Shown here: piece after piece, positions 30,345 through 40,001 of the stretch | Layout: every line of letters starts with the position of its first letter | Numbering within the stretch: position 1 is the stretch's first letter | Assembly (NCBI GenBank): GCA_033762915.1 | Contig: JANRLD010000042.1 | Location: 203,184-267,183, forward strand | Length of the DNA stretch: 64,000 nt | From: Meiothermus sp. | GTDB lineage: Bacteria > Deinococcota > Deinococci > Deinococcales > Thermaceae | Reading direction: 5' to 3' | Position numbers and translations under genes: made by a program | Notes under the pieces: generated by a model | What the model saw: only the letters and a program-made list of their open reading frames with translations | The model's database searches: none | Told to the model about the DNA's origin: nothing

Positions 30345-30679
30345 AGGCCGTCAAACTCTTTCAGGGCTACCTCTGGCACCCCAGAGAACTCGAGTTCGAC
30401 CCCAGGGCCGCCCTGCCCCAGAAGTTTGAGACCGGCCTCGAGGACGGCCCCGTTTTCCTCTTGCTCGATCCCGTGCACCCGCCCATGACCTTCTTCGAGG
30501 ACGGCACCATGACCGAGACCCAGCGGTTTTATCAGCTCACGCTGCTGGTGCGTACCCAGAAGGAACCGGGCCAACTCAAATACCTGAGCGAGTGGGTGAG
30601 CGGCGAGCTCAACCCTATCCTTAATGCCACCCCTAAGAGCGTGGGCTGGCAGTTGATAGAGGATTTGCGGCAGGTCTGA
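30341..30679 (+). CDS. DUF3208-like protein
   Basis: LFQGYLWHP...FFEDGT...QRFYQ...EDLR pattern. Confidence 0.7.
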   Translation: MKAVKLFQGYLWHPRELEFDPRAALPQKFETGLEDGPVFLLLDPVHPPMTFFEDGTMTETQRFYQLTLLVRTQKEPGQLKYLSEWVSGELNPILNATPKSVGWQLIEDLRQV

Positions 30680-30740
30680 TCGCGCTCCCCAAGAACACCC
30701 GGTACGGTTTGCTGTACCAAGTGCTCGTGGGAACTGCTGT
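30679..30740. repeat. Degenerate MITE-like copy F
   Basis: ATCGCGCTCCCC...GAACAC.CGGTAC...GTGGGAACTGCTGT; starts within the TGA stop codon. Confidence 0.55.
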
Positions 30741-30924
30741 CACAAAGAAATACGGTCGCTCCAAGGCTGCCGTTGGGGGCAAAGCCTACCTCCTGCGCAC
30801 GACCCTGGCCCCCGTGGATTCTGACGCCGACGTCCCCTGACCCACAGCGGTTCAACTTATCCCCGGGCCGGGTTTCGCAAAGCCATCGCGCAGCACCGCG
30901 GCCTCGAGCCCTGCAAAGACCGCG

Positions 30925-32265
30925 TCAGGCCGAACGCGTGTCCTTATGGGCGTCGTGGTCGGGGATCAAGTCCTCGGCGTTGCGGACGGCGGGGAACAGG
31001 TAGGCGGCCGCCGCAAACGCCACCCCCAGCAGCCCGGCGCAGACCAGCATCAGCCCGATCCCCGCGCCCGGCCCCACCCCCACCAGAGGGCCGAAGGCCC
31101 CAGCCCACGCGCCGCCCTCCATCATCGCTGGGGTGAACACCCGGTCGGCCAGCGGCCCCGCCGCCAGCATGGACACAGGCGAGGCCATCCAGGCGATCAT
31201 GCGGCGGGCCGCGAAGACCTTGCCCTGAATGTCCGGCGGCACCTTGGCCTGCCAGATGGCTTGGTTGGAGGCGTTGAGCAGGTGGATCAGCGGGAAGGCC
31301 AGGAAGGCCGCCGTCGCCCAGACCCAGACGCTCTGCCCCAGCCCCATCAGCACGCTCCCGCACAGGCTGCTGCCTATCATCCCCAGCAGCACCCCGTGGA
31401 CGCGCCGCCGGGGGCCGCCCCAGACCGAGAGCAGCACCCCACCCAGCACCCCGCCCAGCCCCGCCGCGGTGTTGACCGTAGCCAGCGCGGCCTCGGAGCC
31501 CGCCGTGCGGGCCAAAATCATGGCGTTCTGCACCGCGCCGCCCAGGTTGGAGACCAGGTTGATGAGCAGGAAGACCAGCTGCAGGCCCAGCAGGGAGGGC
31601 CTCGAGAAGATATACCTAAACCCGTACACCGCCTCTTGCAGCAGGCTGCCCCGGCTTTGCACACCTTCGGCGCTCTGCTTAGGCTGGGGCACCCGGACAA
31701 AGATCAGCGTGGCGAAGGCGAAAGCGAAGCTGATTAGGTCGAGCCAGAGAATTCCGCCCAGCCCGATTGTGCTGTACAGGAGCGCCCCAATCACCGGTGC
31801 CCCGATTCCCGAGGCCGACTGGGCCAGCGAGAGCATCGCGTTGGCCCGCCCGTAGTCCTTTTTTTCCACCATGGTGGAGATGGCGGCGGAGTAGGCGGGC
31901 CACTGGAAGGCGCTGAACAGCCCGGTGATGGCCGCGCCCGCGTAGAGGTGCCAGATTTGCAGGCTGCCGGACAACTCGAGCACCAGCAGCATCAAGATTG
32001 CCGCCGCGCCCCCCAGGTCGGAGAGCATCATCATCTGCTTGCGGTTGCCCCGATCCACCCAGGCCCCCGCGAAGGGCGAGATCAGCACCAGCGGCAAGAA
32101 GTGGAAGAAGCCCATCAGGGCCAGAGAGGTCGCTAGCCCGGTCTTCTCGAAGGCCCACAGGGTGAAGGCGAAGTTGGCGACCTCCGAGCCGGTGAGCGAC
32201 AAGAGCTGACCGACGGCGACCAGGGTGAAGGCGGGCAGTCCCGTGCGGAGGTGGGAAAGGTTCAT
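30925..32265 (-). CDS. MFS transporter (macrolide-efflux/DHA3-like)
   Basis: GQLLS..GS, GAWVDR.NRK and Q..VP...QGKVF motifs. Confidence 0.88.
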   Translation of the reverse strand: MNLSHLRTGLPAFTLVAVGQLLSLTGSEVANFAFTLWAFEKTGLATSLALMGFFHFLPLVLISPFAGAWVDRGNRKQMMMLSDLGGAAAILMLLVLELSGSLQIWHLYAGAAITGLFSAFQWPAYSAAISTMVEKKDYGRANAMLSLAQSASGIGAPVIGALLYSTIGLGGILWLDLISFAFAFATLIFVRVPQPKQSAEGVQSRGSLLQEAVYGFRYIFSRPSLLGLQLVFLLINLVSNLGGAVQNAMILARTAGSEAALATVNTAAGLGGVLGGVLLSVWGGPRRRVHGVLLGMIGSSLCGSVLMGLGQSVWVWATAAFLAFPLIHLLNASNQAIWQAKVPPDIQGKVFAARRMIAWMASPVSMLAAGPLADRVFTPAMMEGGAWAGAFGPLVGVGPGAGIGLMLVCAGLLGVAFAAAAYLFPAVRNAEDLIPDHDAHKDTRSA

Positions 32266-32465
32266 GGGGAGCGCTTAGGAAAGCGATGGGCCGCGAGCGA
32301 GGAGCTATAAGAACCACAAGATAGACAGTCTTTGCAGGGCCTGGTGGGCAAAACCTTCATGCGCAGCTCGAGGACAGCAGGAGGCTAGTTCTACTGGCCT
32401 CGAGTGCTGTGGCTAAAGATAGGGGGTCTCTACTCGAGAAAAAAGTTATAGATTAGAGTAGAGGT

Positions 32466-33188
32466 GTGTCCCAGGTCTCAGGTCGCAAATCGCGGGTCGA
32501 ACACCAAAAGCCGAGAGCAGCAAGGCCATCGGCCCTCCACGCTCCAGCCTCCACGCTCCAGCCGCCAAAAGAGCTGACCTCTTCGCTGGCGGCACGAATA
32601 CTGGCCGACCCGGATATCGCGGTGTTCATCAAGCCGTTCATGCGGGGCAGTGCCACGGTGAAGCAGGCGGCGGACGAGTTCGGCCAGCCGATCCAGACCA
32701 TGCACTATCGGGTCGAGCAGATGGCGCAGGCGGGGATGCTCGAGGTAGCCGAGGTTCAGGGGCGCAGGGGGCGGCCCATCAAGCACTACAGGGCGACCGC
32801 GGCGGCTTTTCAGGTGGCCACGCGCCTGGTTCCGTCCCGCATTCTCGAGGCGCTGGAGAATCAGATTTCCTGGAAGGTCGGCTTCGAGCAGGCGCTCGAG
32901 CAGGTCACCGAGGACAGGCACTACCCAGACCAGGTGGTGATGTACTACCTCGAGGCCGACGACATTTTGGTGTGGTCGGATCGGCCCGAGGGTAAGCTCG
33001 AGGCTCCCGCTGTCCTGGCCGATGATGCTCCGGCGGTGCTTAACCACTGGTCGGGCGCGGTCTATCTGGACAAGGCCGATGCCAAGGCCTTTCAGCGTGA
33101 ACTGTGGGAACTCTACGAGCGCTATGCCCACCGCCAGGGCCGGGAGAAGTACCGGGTACATCTTGGCCTGGCCCCCAGCCCGAAGTGA
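32466..33188 (+). CDS. ArsR-like winged-helix regulator
   Basis: TVKQAA...TMHYRV..M..AG.L...RGRPIKHY; divergent from the MFS gene; start uncertain. Confidence 0.7.
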   Translation: MSQVSGRKSRVEHQKPRAARPSALHAPASTLQPPKELTSSLAARILADPDIAVFIKPFMRGSATVKQAADEFGQPIQTMHYRVEQMAQAGMLEVAEVQGRRGRPIKHYRATAAAFQVATRLVPSRILEALENQISWKVGFEQALEQVTEDRHYPDQVVMYYLEADDILVWSDRPEGKLEAPAVLADDAPAVLNHWSGAVYLDKADAKAFQRELWELYERYAHRQGREKYRVHLGLAPSPK

Positions 33189-33513
33189 TGATTCTCATCC
33201 GCGTAACGTGTGGAAAAGTTGTGAATTTGTCTGCAGGTCTGCGATTCTACAGGCACCGTTACGTATTTTGAGGTAAATCCTCTTTTCGCGTCTCATCTCG
33301 AGGTTAATCTTCGAAATCGTTTGCGGCTGCCTCGTTACTCCAGATTTCGTTGTCTGGATAAAGCTAAACCAAGCCCAACAGAATTCCGTCAAAGCCCGTA
33401 ACGGTCGTATAAACCTAACCTCGGCTTGGGGTGGGATAGTCTATCGTTACGCACCTGGGAGAATGCGTTACGAAAGAAGTAACGCACCCACGTGCTTCAT
33501 CAGGAAATCGACA

Positions 33514-35016
33514 ATGTCTCTCGATCACTCTTTCTCTGTCCCTCGTCTTGCTGTGTCGGTTTTCCTGGTGATGTTGCTGGCTGCTTGTGGGGCTCCAACC
33601 CCTCCCCCCTCCTCGACCCAGACCCCGAGCCCCACGAGCACCCCCAGCACCCCCTCCAGCCCCAACCCCGCCCCTACCACCAGCCCCACCCTGATTGCGA
33701 GCAAGACCGTTAGCTATCAAGCCAGCGACGAACTCTTCCCCAACCCCGAGCGTGGCTTCCGCGTCGGGGCGCAGCTCGGCCACCGCATCGGTGCCGCTGA
33801 GCTGGCCTGGATCGACATGCCGGCCATGTTCCGGCGGGGCGAGCGGGTTTTCCAGAGCTACGTCAGCCTGCAAAACTTCAAGACCGGCCCCATCTCCGAA
33901 GAGTACTTGGCCCAACTGCGGGGGCGGCTCGAGGAGGTGCGCCGGGTGGGCCTTAAGACCAGCCTGCGCTTCTGGTACACCTGGGCCGAGACCGAAGTGG
34001 ACGCGCCCCGCGATGTGATGATGAACCACATCCGGCAGCTCGGCCCCCTGCTGCGCGACTTCTCCGATGTCATCCTGACCGTGCAGGCCGGTTTCATCGG
34101 GGCCTGGGGCGAGTGGCACAGCAGCGCCAACGGTCTCGCCAACGACGCCGACCGCCGCGCCGTGGTTGAAGCCCTGATCCGTATCCTCCCCGCCGACCGC
34201 AAGGTGCAGCTTCGCTACGTCGAGGCCCTCAAGCTGTTCGCCCCCGGCGGCATCACCGAGGCCCAGGCCTTCGGCGACCCGGTGCTCTCGCGCATCGGCC
34301 ACCATAACGACTGCTTCATGGTCAACGACCGCGACGCGGGAACCTACGGCTTCAGCTGGCAGAGCATCCCCAACATGGCCCAGCGCATCACCGAGGAGCG
34401 GGCCTACTTGCAACAGCTCGCCAAGTACCTGCCCGTCGGCGGCGAGATGTGCGGGGACGTGCCCGAGACCGGCTCCGACCCCTTCGGTCGCCGAACCCCC
34501 GAGGGCCAGCTGGCCGAGTTTGCCCGCTTCGGCTGGAGCTGGATCGCCAACGACTTCGGCTACGTGGACCGCTGGCGCGCGTGGGGCATCTACGACACCA
34601 TCAGCCGCAACCTCGGCTACCGCCTGAGCCTCACCGAGTCCAGCGTGCCCGAGACCGCCAAAGGTAGCCTCAGGATGAGCCTTACCCTGAAGAACACCGG
34701 CTGGGCCGCGCCGGTCAACCCTAGAGCGGTGCGGATCGTGCTGCGCGAGGCGACCGGCCTGGGCCGCGCGTTCAGCCTCGAGGTGCCCGCCGAGGTGCGC
34801 AAGTGGTACGCGGGCGGCACCTACACCCTCAACGTCGACCGGGTGCTGCCCGCCGAGATGCCTGCTGGCACCTATCAGGTTCTTCTGCACCTCGCCGACC
34901 CTTACGCCACGCTCAGCGCCCGCCCCGAGTACGCAATCCGGCTGGCGAATCGGGGCCTGTGGGAGGCCGGCACAGGCTACAACGACCTGAAGCAGACCGT
35001 GCGGGTGGAGCGCTGA
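33514..35016 (+). CDS. Lipoprotein, DUF4874/DUF4832-like (putative glycoside hydrolase-related)
   Basis: LLAAC lipobox, Pro/Thr/Ser linker; NPERGF, QAGFIGAWGEWH, GHHNDCF and LGYR motifs. Confidence 0.8.
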   Translation: MSLDHSFSVPRLAVSVFLVMLLAACGAPTPPPSSTQTPSPTSTPSTPSSPNPAPTTSPTLIASKTVSYQASDELFPNPERGFRVGAQLGHRIGAAELAWIDMPAMFRRGERVFQSYVSLQNFKTGPISEEYLAQLRGRLEEVRRVGLKTSLRFWYTWAETEVDAPRDVMMNHIRQLGPLLRDFSDVILTVQAGFIGAWGEWHSSANGLANDADRRAVVEALIRILPADRKVQLRYVEALKLFAPGGITEAQAFGDPVLSRIGHHNDCFMVNDRDAGTYGFSWQSIPNMAQRITEERAYLQQLAKYLPVGGEMCGDVPETGSDPFGRRTPEGQLAEFARFGWSWIANDFGYVDRWRAWGIYDTISRNLGYRLSLTESSVPETAKGSLRMSLTLKNTGWAAPVNPRAVRIVLREATGLGRAFSLEVPAEVRKWYAGGTYTLNVDRVLPAEMPAGTYQVLLHLADPYATLSARPEYAIRLANRGLWEAGTGYNDLKQTVRVER

Positions 35017-35220
35017 GGGCCGAGGGCCCAACGCCGGATGTCGCGTTCCCAAAGTCCCTGAGCTGCTCGGGGGTTTAAGGCCGCGCCTCGAGTCGGGGCG
35101 CTCGGATTTTGAGGGTCTGCACGGCTGAACTACGGAATGCCGGTCCGAGTCGCCCGCCAAGGAATTGCCCTGGGGCAAGCACAGAGACACCCATCAGCGG
35201 TGTTCGCCGGCCTCGCGTAG

Positions 35221-35256
35221 ACCCCGGCCATCCCCCGAACGGGGGATGGCCGGGGT
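35221..35256 (+). terminator. Strong hairpin/terminator
   Basis: 16-bp perfect stem ACCCCGGCCATCCCCC-GAAC-GGGGGATGGCCGGGGT. Confidence 0.65.
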
Positions 35257-35571
35257 TCTTCCTGCGGAGTCATGACGGAGGGAGGCCGGTTTGTTCGCTT
35301 TGGGTTCATTACTTCAGTCGGGACAAAAAACTCTGGGAAAGCCCAAATTGTTGCCCAAGTTGCAGGGACAAGGTCCTGCTTTTCCGTATGCTGGGCGGCA
35401 GTAGCGAAAAGTTTTAGGGCCACCGCCCGATATACCAAACCCCTATCTCGGTCTCTATCTCAGGCAATAGCCAAAACCTATCTCGGCGGCGCGACAGGCC
35501 GCGGGCTGGGTTTGGCGGTTTGCCCTCGAGGGGACGGGGCGGGGCGAGGAGCTACGACACGGAGGAACGGT

Positions 35572-37101
35572 ATGCGACTTAAACTCTTGGCCGCGCTGGT
35601 GCTGGGGATGGGCCTCTCGATAGCCCTGGCCCAGCCCCGCACCCTGATCATCGCCCAGGGCACCGACCCCACCTCGCTCGACGCCCCGCTGGCCACCGAC
35701 TCGCCCTCGGGCACGGTGAGCCGCCATGTGGTCGAGCCGCTGTTCGACTACACCCCCGACGGGCGCATCGTACCCCTGCTGGTGGAGCGCTTCAGCTTCA
35801 GCACCGACCGCAAGACCCTGACCCTCAACCTGCGCCGGGGCATCAAGTTCCACGACGGTACCGACTTCAACGCCGAGGCGGTTAAGTTCAACCTCGAGCG
35901 CCTGGTCTCCCAGGAGCTGGCCTCTTCCTTCGCCTTCCTGCTGCGCGGCCGGGTCAGCGCCATCGAGGCTCCCGACGCGCTCACGGTGCGGCTGCGGATG
36001 CCCGAGCCCTTCGCCCCCATCCTGGCCCACCTGACCCACGGCTCGGCCTCGATCCAGAGCCCCACCGCCATCCGCCGCCTGGGCGCCAACTACCGCGACA
36101 ACCCGGTGGGCACCGGCCCCTACAAGTTCGACCGCTGGCAGAAGGGCCAGTTTGTCGAGCTGGTCCGCAACGACGACTACTGGGGCACCAAACCCTCCGT
36201 GGAGCGCCTGCGCTTCCTGGCGGTGCCCGAGGCCACCACCCGCATGGCGCTGGTCGAGACCGGACAAGCCCACGTAGCGGTGCGCGTGCCGCCGCAGGAC
36301 GTGCAGCGGCTCAACGCCCGGCCCGAGATCGACGTGGTGACCACCCCCAGCGTGCGCACCATCTACCTCTACTTCAACCATACCAAGAAGCCCTTCGACG
36401 ACGTGCGGGTGCGCCGGGCCATCAACCTGGCCATCAACCGCGAAGAGATCGTGAACTTTGTGCTTGGCGGCTTCGGGCGGGTCTCCGACGCGCCCATCGG
36501 GCCGGGCATCTTCGGCTATACCCGCATCGGCAACTACGGCTTCAACCAGTCCGAGGCCAGACGCCTGCTGGCCCAGGCCGGCTTTAACGCCCAGAACCCG
36601 CTGCGCTTCACCCTCTCGAGCCCCAACGGGCGCTACCTGCAGGACATCCGCGTTTCCGAGGCGATTCAGAGCCAGCTCCGCGCGGTGGGGGTCGAGGCCC
36701 AAATTCAGACCCTCGAGTGGGGCGCCTACCTGGCCGCCAGCAACCAGCCCAAGGACAAGAACGAGTTCCAGGTGGCGATGCTGGGCTGGGGCACCGTGAC
36801 CGGCGACGCCGACTACGGGCTGTTCGGGCTGTTCCACACCTCGCAGCACGCCCCCAGCGGCTTCAACCGGGGCTTCTACTCCAACCCCCGCGTCGACCGG
36901 ATCTTGGAGCAGGCCCGCGTGGTCACCACCCCGCAGGCCCGTCAGCAGCTCTACGCCAACGTGATGCGGCTGATCTACAACGACGCGCCCTGGGTGCTGC
37001 TGCACACCGAGCAGCAGGTCACCGCGATCCGCAAGGAGGTCGCGGGCTTCGTGGTGCACCCCACCGAGCGCCTGATCGCCAGCACTGCCAGCTTCCGCTA
37101 G
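35572..37101 (+). CDS. Family-5 ABC substrate-binding protein (glutathione/peptide, GsiB-like)
   Basis: Signal peptide; LRRGIKFHDGT.FNAEAV and PVGTGPY motifs. Confidence 0.92.
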   Translation: MRLKLLAALVLGMGLSIALAQPRTLIIAQGTDPTSLDAPLATDSPSGTVSRHVVEPLFDYTPDGRIVPLLVERFSFSTDRKTLTLNLRRGIKFHDGTDFNAEAVKFNLERLVSQELASSFAFLLRGRVSAIEAPDALTVRLRMPEPFAPILAHLTHGSASIQSPTAIRRLGANYRDNPVGTGPYKFDRWQKGQFVELVRNDDYWGTKPSVERLRFLAVPEATTRMALVETGQAHVAVRVPPQDVQRLNARPEIDVVTTPSVRTIYLYFNHTKKPFDDVRVRRAINLAINREEIVNFVLGGFGRVSDAPIGPGIFGYTRIGNYGFNQSEARRLLAQAGFNAQNPLRFTLSSPNGRYLQDIRVSEAIQSQLRAVGVEAQIQTLEWGAYLAASNQPKDKNEFQVAMLGWGTVTGDADYGLFGLFHTSQHAPSGFNRGFYSNPRVDRILEQARVVTTPQARQQLYANVMRLIYNDAPWVLLHTEQQVTAIRKEVAGFVVHPTERLIASTASFR

Positions 37102-37357
37102 GCCGCCTTCGCCCCCGCCTCCGGGCGGGGGCCCATCAAGAACCGGCAGCAACAGCGCCCAACCACCACCCTACGAGACCGCCGTCATTCCGAGCAGAGC
37201 GAGGAATCTCACGAGGCCAAGCGCACGCTCACGGCGAGCCCGCGGGCCCTCCAGTCCCAAGTGGCCTAACACCGGGGACCGCTGCCAGAGTGACGCCGGT
37301 TAATTTGATAAGATTTCCCCTCCAAGCGCTGTTCTCGAGTATGAAACCGAGTATCCA

Positions 37358-38278
37358 ATGGCTAACTACATCGCCCGCCGCCTGCTCACGGTAATCCCCA
37401 CGCTGCTGGGGGTGCTGCTGGTGGTCTTCCTGATGGTGCGGCTGGCCCCCGGCGACCCCGCAGAACTGCTGGCTGGGGAGTTCGCCACCCCCGAGACCCT
37501 GGCCGACATCCGCGAGCGCTTCGGCCTCGACCAGCCGCTCCCCGCCCAGCTCGCACTTTACGTGGCCAACATGTTCCAGGGCGACCTGGGCGAGTCGGTT
37601 CGCACCCGCCAGCCGGTCACCGAGGAGCTGGCCGACTACTTTCCCAACACCCTCGCCCTGACCCTGGGGGCCATGGTGGTGGCGCTGTTGATCGGGGTTC
37701 CGGCGGGCATCGTCTCGGCCATCCGGCCTGGCACGGCCATCGACCTGCTGGCCATGTTGGGGGCCCTGATCGGGGTCTCGATGCCGGTGTTCTGGTTCGG
37801 GCTGATGGCCATCCTGATCTTCGCGGTTCAGCTCCAGTGGTTCCCGGTGGCGGGCACGGGCACGGTCTGGCACATGGTGCTGCCCGCCATCACCCTGGGG
37901 CTGGGCACCGCCTCGATTCTGGCCCGCATGACCCGCAGCGCGATGCTCGAGGTGCTCTCGCAGGACTTCATCCGCACCGCCAGGGCCAAGGGGGTGGCGG
38001 GCCGGGTGGTGGTCTTCAAGCACGCCTTCCGCAACGCCCTGATTCCGGTAGTGACGATTACGGGTTTGCAGTTCGGAGGGCTCCTGGAGGGCGCGGTCAT
38101 CACCGAGACCGTCTTCGCCTGGCCGGGCATCGGGCAGCTGCTGGTGGGCTCGATCTTGTCGAGGGACTACCCGGTGGTGCAGGGCGCGGTGCTCTTGATC
38201 GCGGTGGCCTTTATCCTGATTAACCTGATCGTTGACCTGATGTACGGGGCCATTGACCCGAGGATTCGCTATGACTGA
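37358..38278 (+). CDS. ABC permease (DppB/GsiC-like)
   Basis: PGDP; EAA loop RTARAKG; ETVFAWPGIG; DPRI. Confidence 0.93.
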   Translation: MANYIARRLLTVIPTLLGVLLVVFLMVRLAPGDPAELLAGEFATPETLADIRERFGLDQPLPAQLALYVANMFQGDLGESVRTRQPVTEELADYFPNTLALTLGAMVVALLIGVPAGIVSAIRPGTAIDLLAMLGALIGVSMPVFWFGLMAILIFAVQLQWFPVAGTGTVWHMVLPAITLGLGTASILARMTRSAMLEVLSQDFIRTARAKGVAGRVVVFKHAFRNALIPVVTITGLQFGGLLEGAVITETVFAWPGIGQLLVGSILSRDYPVVQGAVLLIAVAFILINLIVDLMYGAIDPRIRYD

Positions 38279-38310
38279 AGGTCATCCGAGCGCAACCCCA
38301 AGGACCGCCC

Positions 38311-39381
38311 ATGACTGAGCAACTGCCTTCGGCCCCCGCCACGCCCGCCAAGCGCGAGGCGCCCCGCTGGCGGCGGCGTCTGCTGCGCAGCCCGCTGGCG
38401 ATAGCGGGGTTCATCTTCATCGGCCTCTTCGTCTTCGCGGCGGCTTTCGCGCCGTTCATCGCCCCCTACAGCCCCGTGGAGCAGAACTTGCGCGGCACCT
38501 ACGTGCCCCCGATGCGCGTGGAGTTCAGCGGCCCTCAGGGACAGCCCGGCCTGTGGGTGCGGGAGACGGCCCGCACGCCCATGGGCGAGATTTTGCGGGG
38601 CGATCAGCTCTATCCGCTACGCTTCTTTGTGCGGGGCGAGCCGTGGGTCTGGTGGGGCGGTTTGCTGCGCAGCGACCTGCACCTGTTCGGGGTGGACGGC
38701 CCGGTGAAGTTTTATTTGCTGGGCGCGGACGAGCAGGGTCGCGACATCCTGAGCCGCCTGACCTACGGGGCCTGGATTTCGCTGTCGATCGGGCTGATTG
38801 CGGTGGCGATCGGGATGCTGATTGGTGTGCCGGTGGGGCTGATATCTGGCTATTACGGCGGCACCTTCGATCTGATCGTGCAGCGAATCGTGGAAATCAT
38901 GCTCTCGTTCCCGGGCATCCTGCTGGCTATCGTGCTGGTGGCGACGCTGGGAACCGGTCTCACCAACGTGATGATCGCGGTGGGGATCGCCGCCATCCCC
39001 ATCTACGCCCGGCTGGTGCGCGGCTCGGTGCTCTCGCTGCGCGACCGCGAGTACGTGGAGGCCAGTCGGGCGCTGGGCAACCGCGACAACCGCATCATGC
39101 TGGGGCATATCCTGCCCAACGCCCTTTCCCCCATCATCGTGCAGTCCAGCTTGCAGATGGCGGTGGCGATCCTGTTCGCGGCGGGCCTGGGCTTTCTGGG
39201 CCTGGGGGCCAGGCCGCCCGAGCCGGAGTGGGGGCTGATGCTGGCCAGGGGGCGCGAGTACCTCGCCACCGCCCCGCACGTCGCCACCTTCCCCGGCCTG
39301 GCGATCATGTTCGTGGCGCTGGGCTTCAACCTGCTAGGCGACGCGCTGCGCGACGCGCTCGACCCCCGCACGACGCGCTGA
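38311..39381 (+). CDS. ABC permease (DppC/GsiD-like)
   Basis: LGAD..GRD..SR, EYVEA.RALG and GDALRDALDP motifs. Confidence 0.93.
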   Translation: MTEQLPSAPATPAKREAPRWRRRLLRSPLAIAGFIFIGLFVFAAAFAPFIAPYSPVEQNLRGTYVPPMRVEFSGPQGQPGLWVRETARTPMGEILRGDQLYPLRFFVRGEPWVWWGGLLRSDLHLFGVDGPVKFYLLGADEQGRDILSRLTYGAWISLSIGLIAVAIGMLIGVPVGLISGYYGGTFDLIVQRIVEIMLSFPGILLAIVLVATLGTGLTNVMIAVGIAAIPIYARLVRGSVLSLRDREYVEASRALGNRDNRIMLGHILPNALSPIIVQSSLQMAVAILFAAGLGFLGLGARPPEPEWGLMLARGREYLATAPHVATFPGLAIMFVALGFNLLGDALRDALDPRTTR

Positions 39382-39473
39382 TCGCGTTTCCCACCCTTAC
39401 CTCCCTCGCGGCGGCAGCTAATGTACTCCCTACAGCGGTTTTTGCTGTAGGGAGTATGCGTGGGAACCGCTCT
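39381..39473. repeat. MITE-like element copy C
   Basis: ATCGCGTTTCCCAC...TACTCCCTACAGC/GCTGTAGGGAGTA...GTGGGAACCGCTCT; begins within the TGA stop codon. Confidence 0.75.
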
Positions 39474-39481
39474 GAGGCAGC

Positions 39482-39829
39482 TCACACCCAGGGAAACACC
39501 ACCGCCGAGAAGCGAATCAGGCTGGCCACGATCAGCCACAGACCGGCCCAAGCCCAGACGTACGGTTGCCGATAGCCTGAGAGGATTAGCAGGCCCAGAA
39601 TTAGGTCGTTGAACTTGATGAACTCCACCCACGGGCGCAGGTCGGGGATGAAGCGCCCCATGAAGCTGGTGCGCATCAAGTCCATGTAGGAGCTGGTGTC
39701 GTAGAAGGCCCCCAGGCTGTTGCTGAGGAAGATGCAGGCCAACCCCAGGCGGATCAGCCAGTGCAGGAGGGGCTCGAGCTTCATAAGCAGGGAGGACCAA
39801 GCCCGGCAAAGGCTTTCGGCCTTGCCCAT
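39482..39829 (-). CDS. DoxX-like small membrane protein
   Basis: LIRLGLACIFL motif and about three hydrophobic segments; start may be 39784. Confidence 0.55.
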   Translation of the reverse strand: MGKAESLCRAWSSLLMKLEPLLHWLIRLGLACIFLSNSLGAFYDTSSYMDLMRTSFMGRFIPDLRPWVEFIKFNDLILGLLILSGYRQPYVWAWAGLWLIVASLIRFSAVVFPWV

Positions 39830-40001
39830 ACCTTACACCCTACCGCGAACCCCTATCCCGCCGCCGTGTTTGTGGGGCCGGCGCTTCCGGAACCTTAGAT
39901 CGCGCCGGGGTAGGGGGTCTACGGGACGGGCGGAAGGTGCGACGGGCGCAGTTCCCCAGGGCGTTTCGGGGCGGCGTCTCGCACCTCCACTCCGGAGACT
40001 C

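Noticed and set aside
37184..37210. GTCATTCCGAGCAGAGCGAGGAATCTC half-repeat (weaker one near 38281)
   Set aside because: Resembles a widespread intergenic repeat but the partner arm is absent; too degenerate to call
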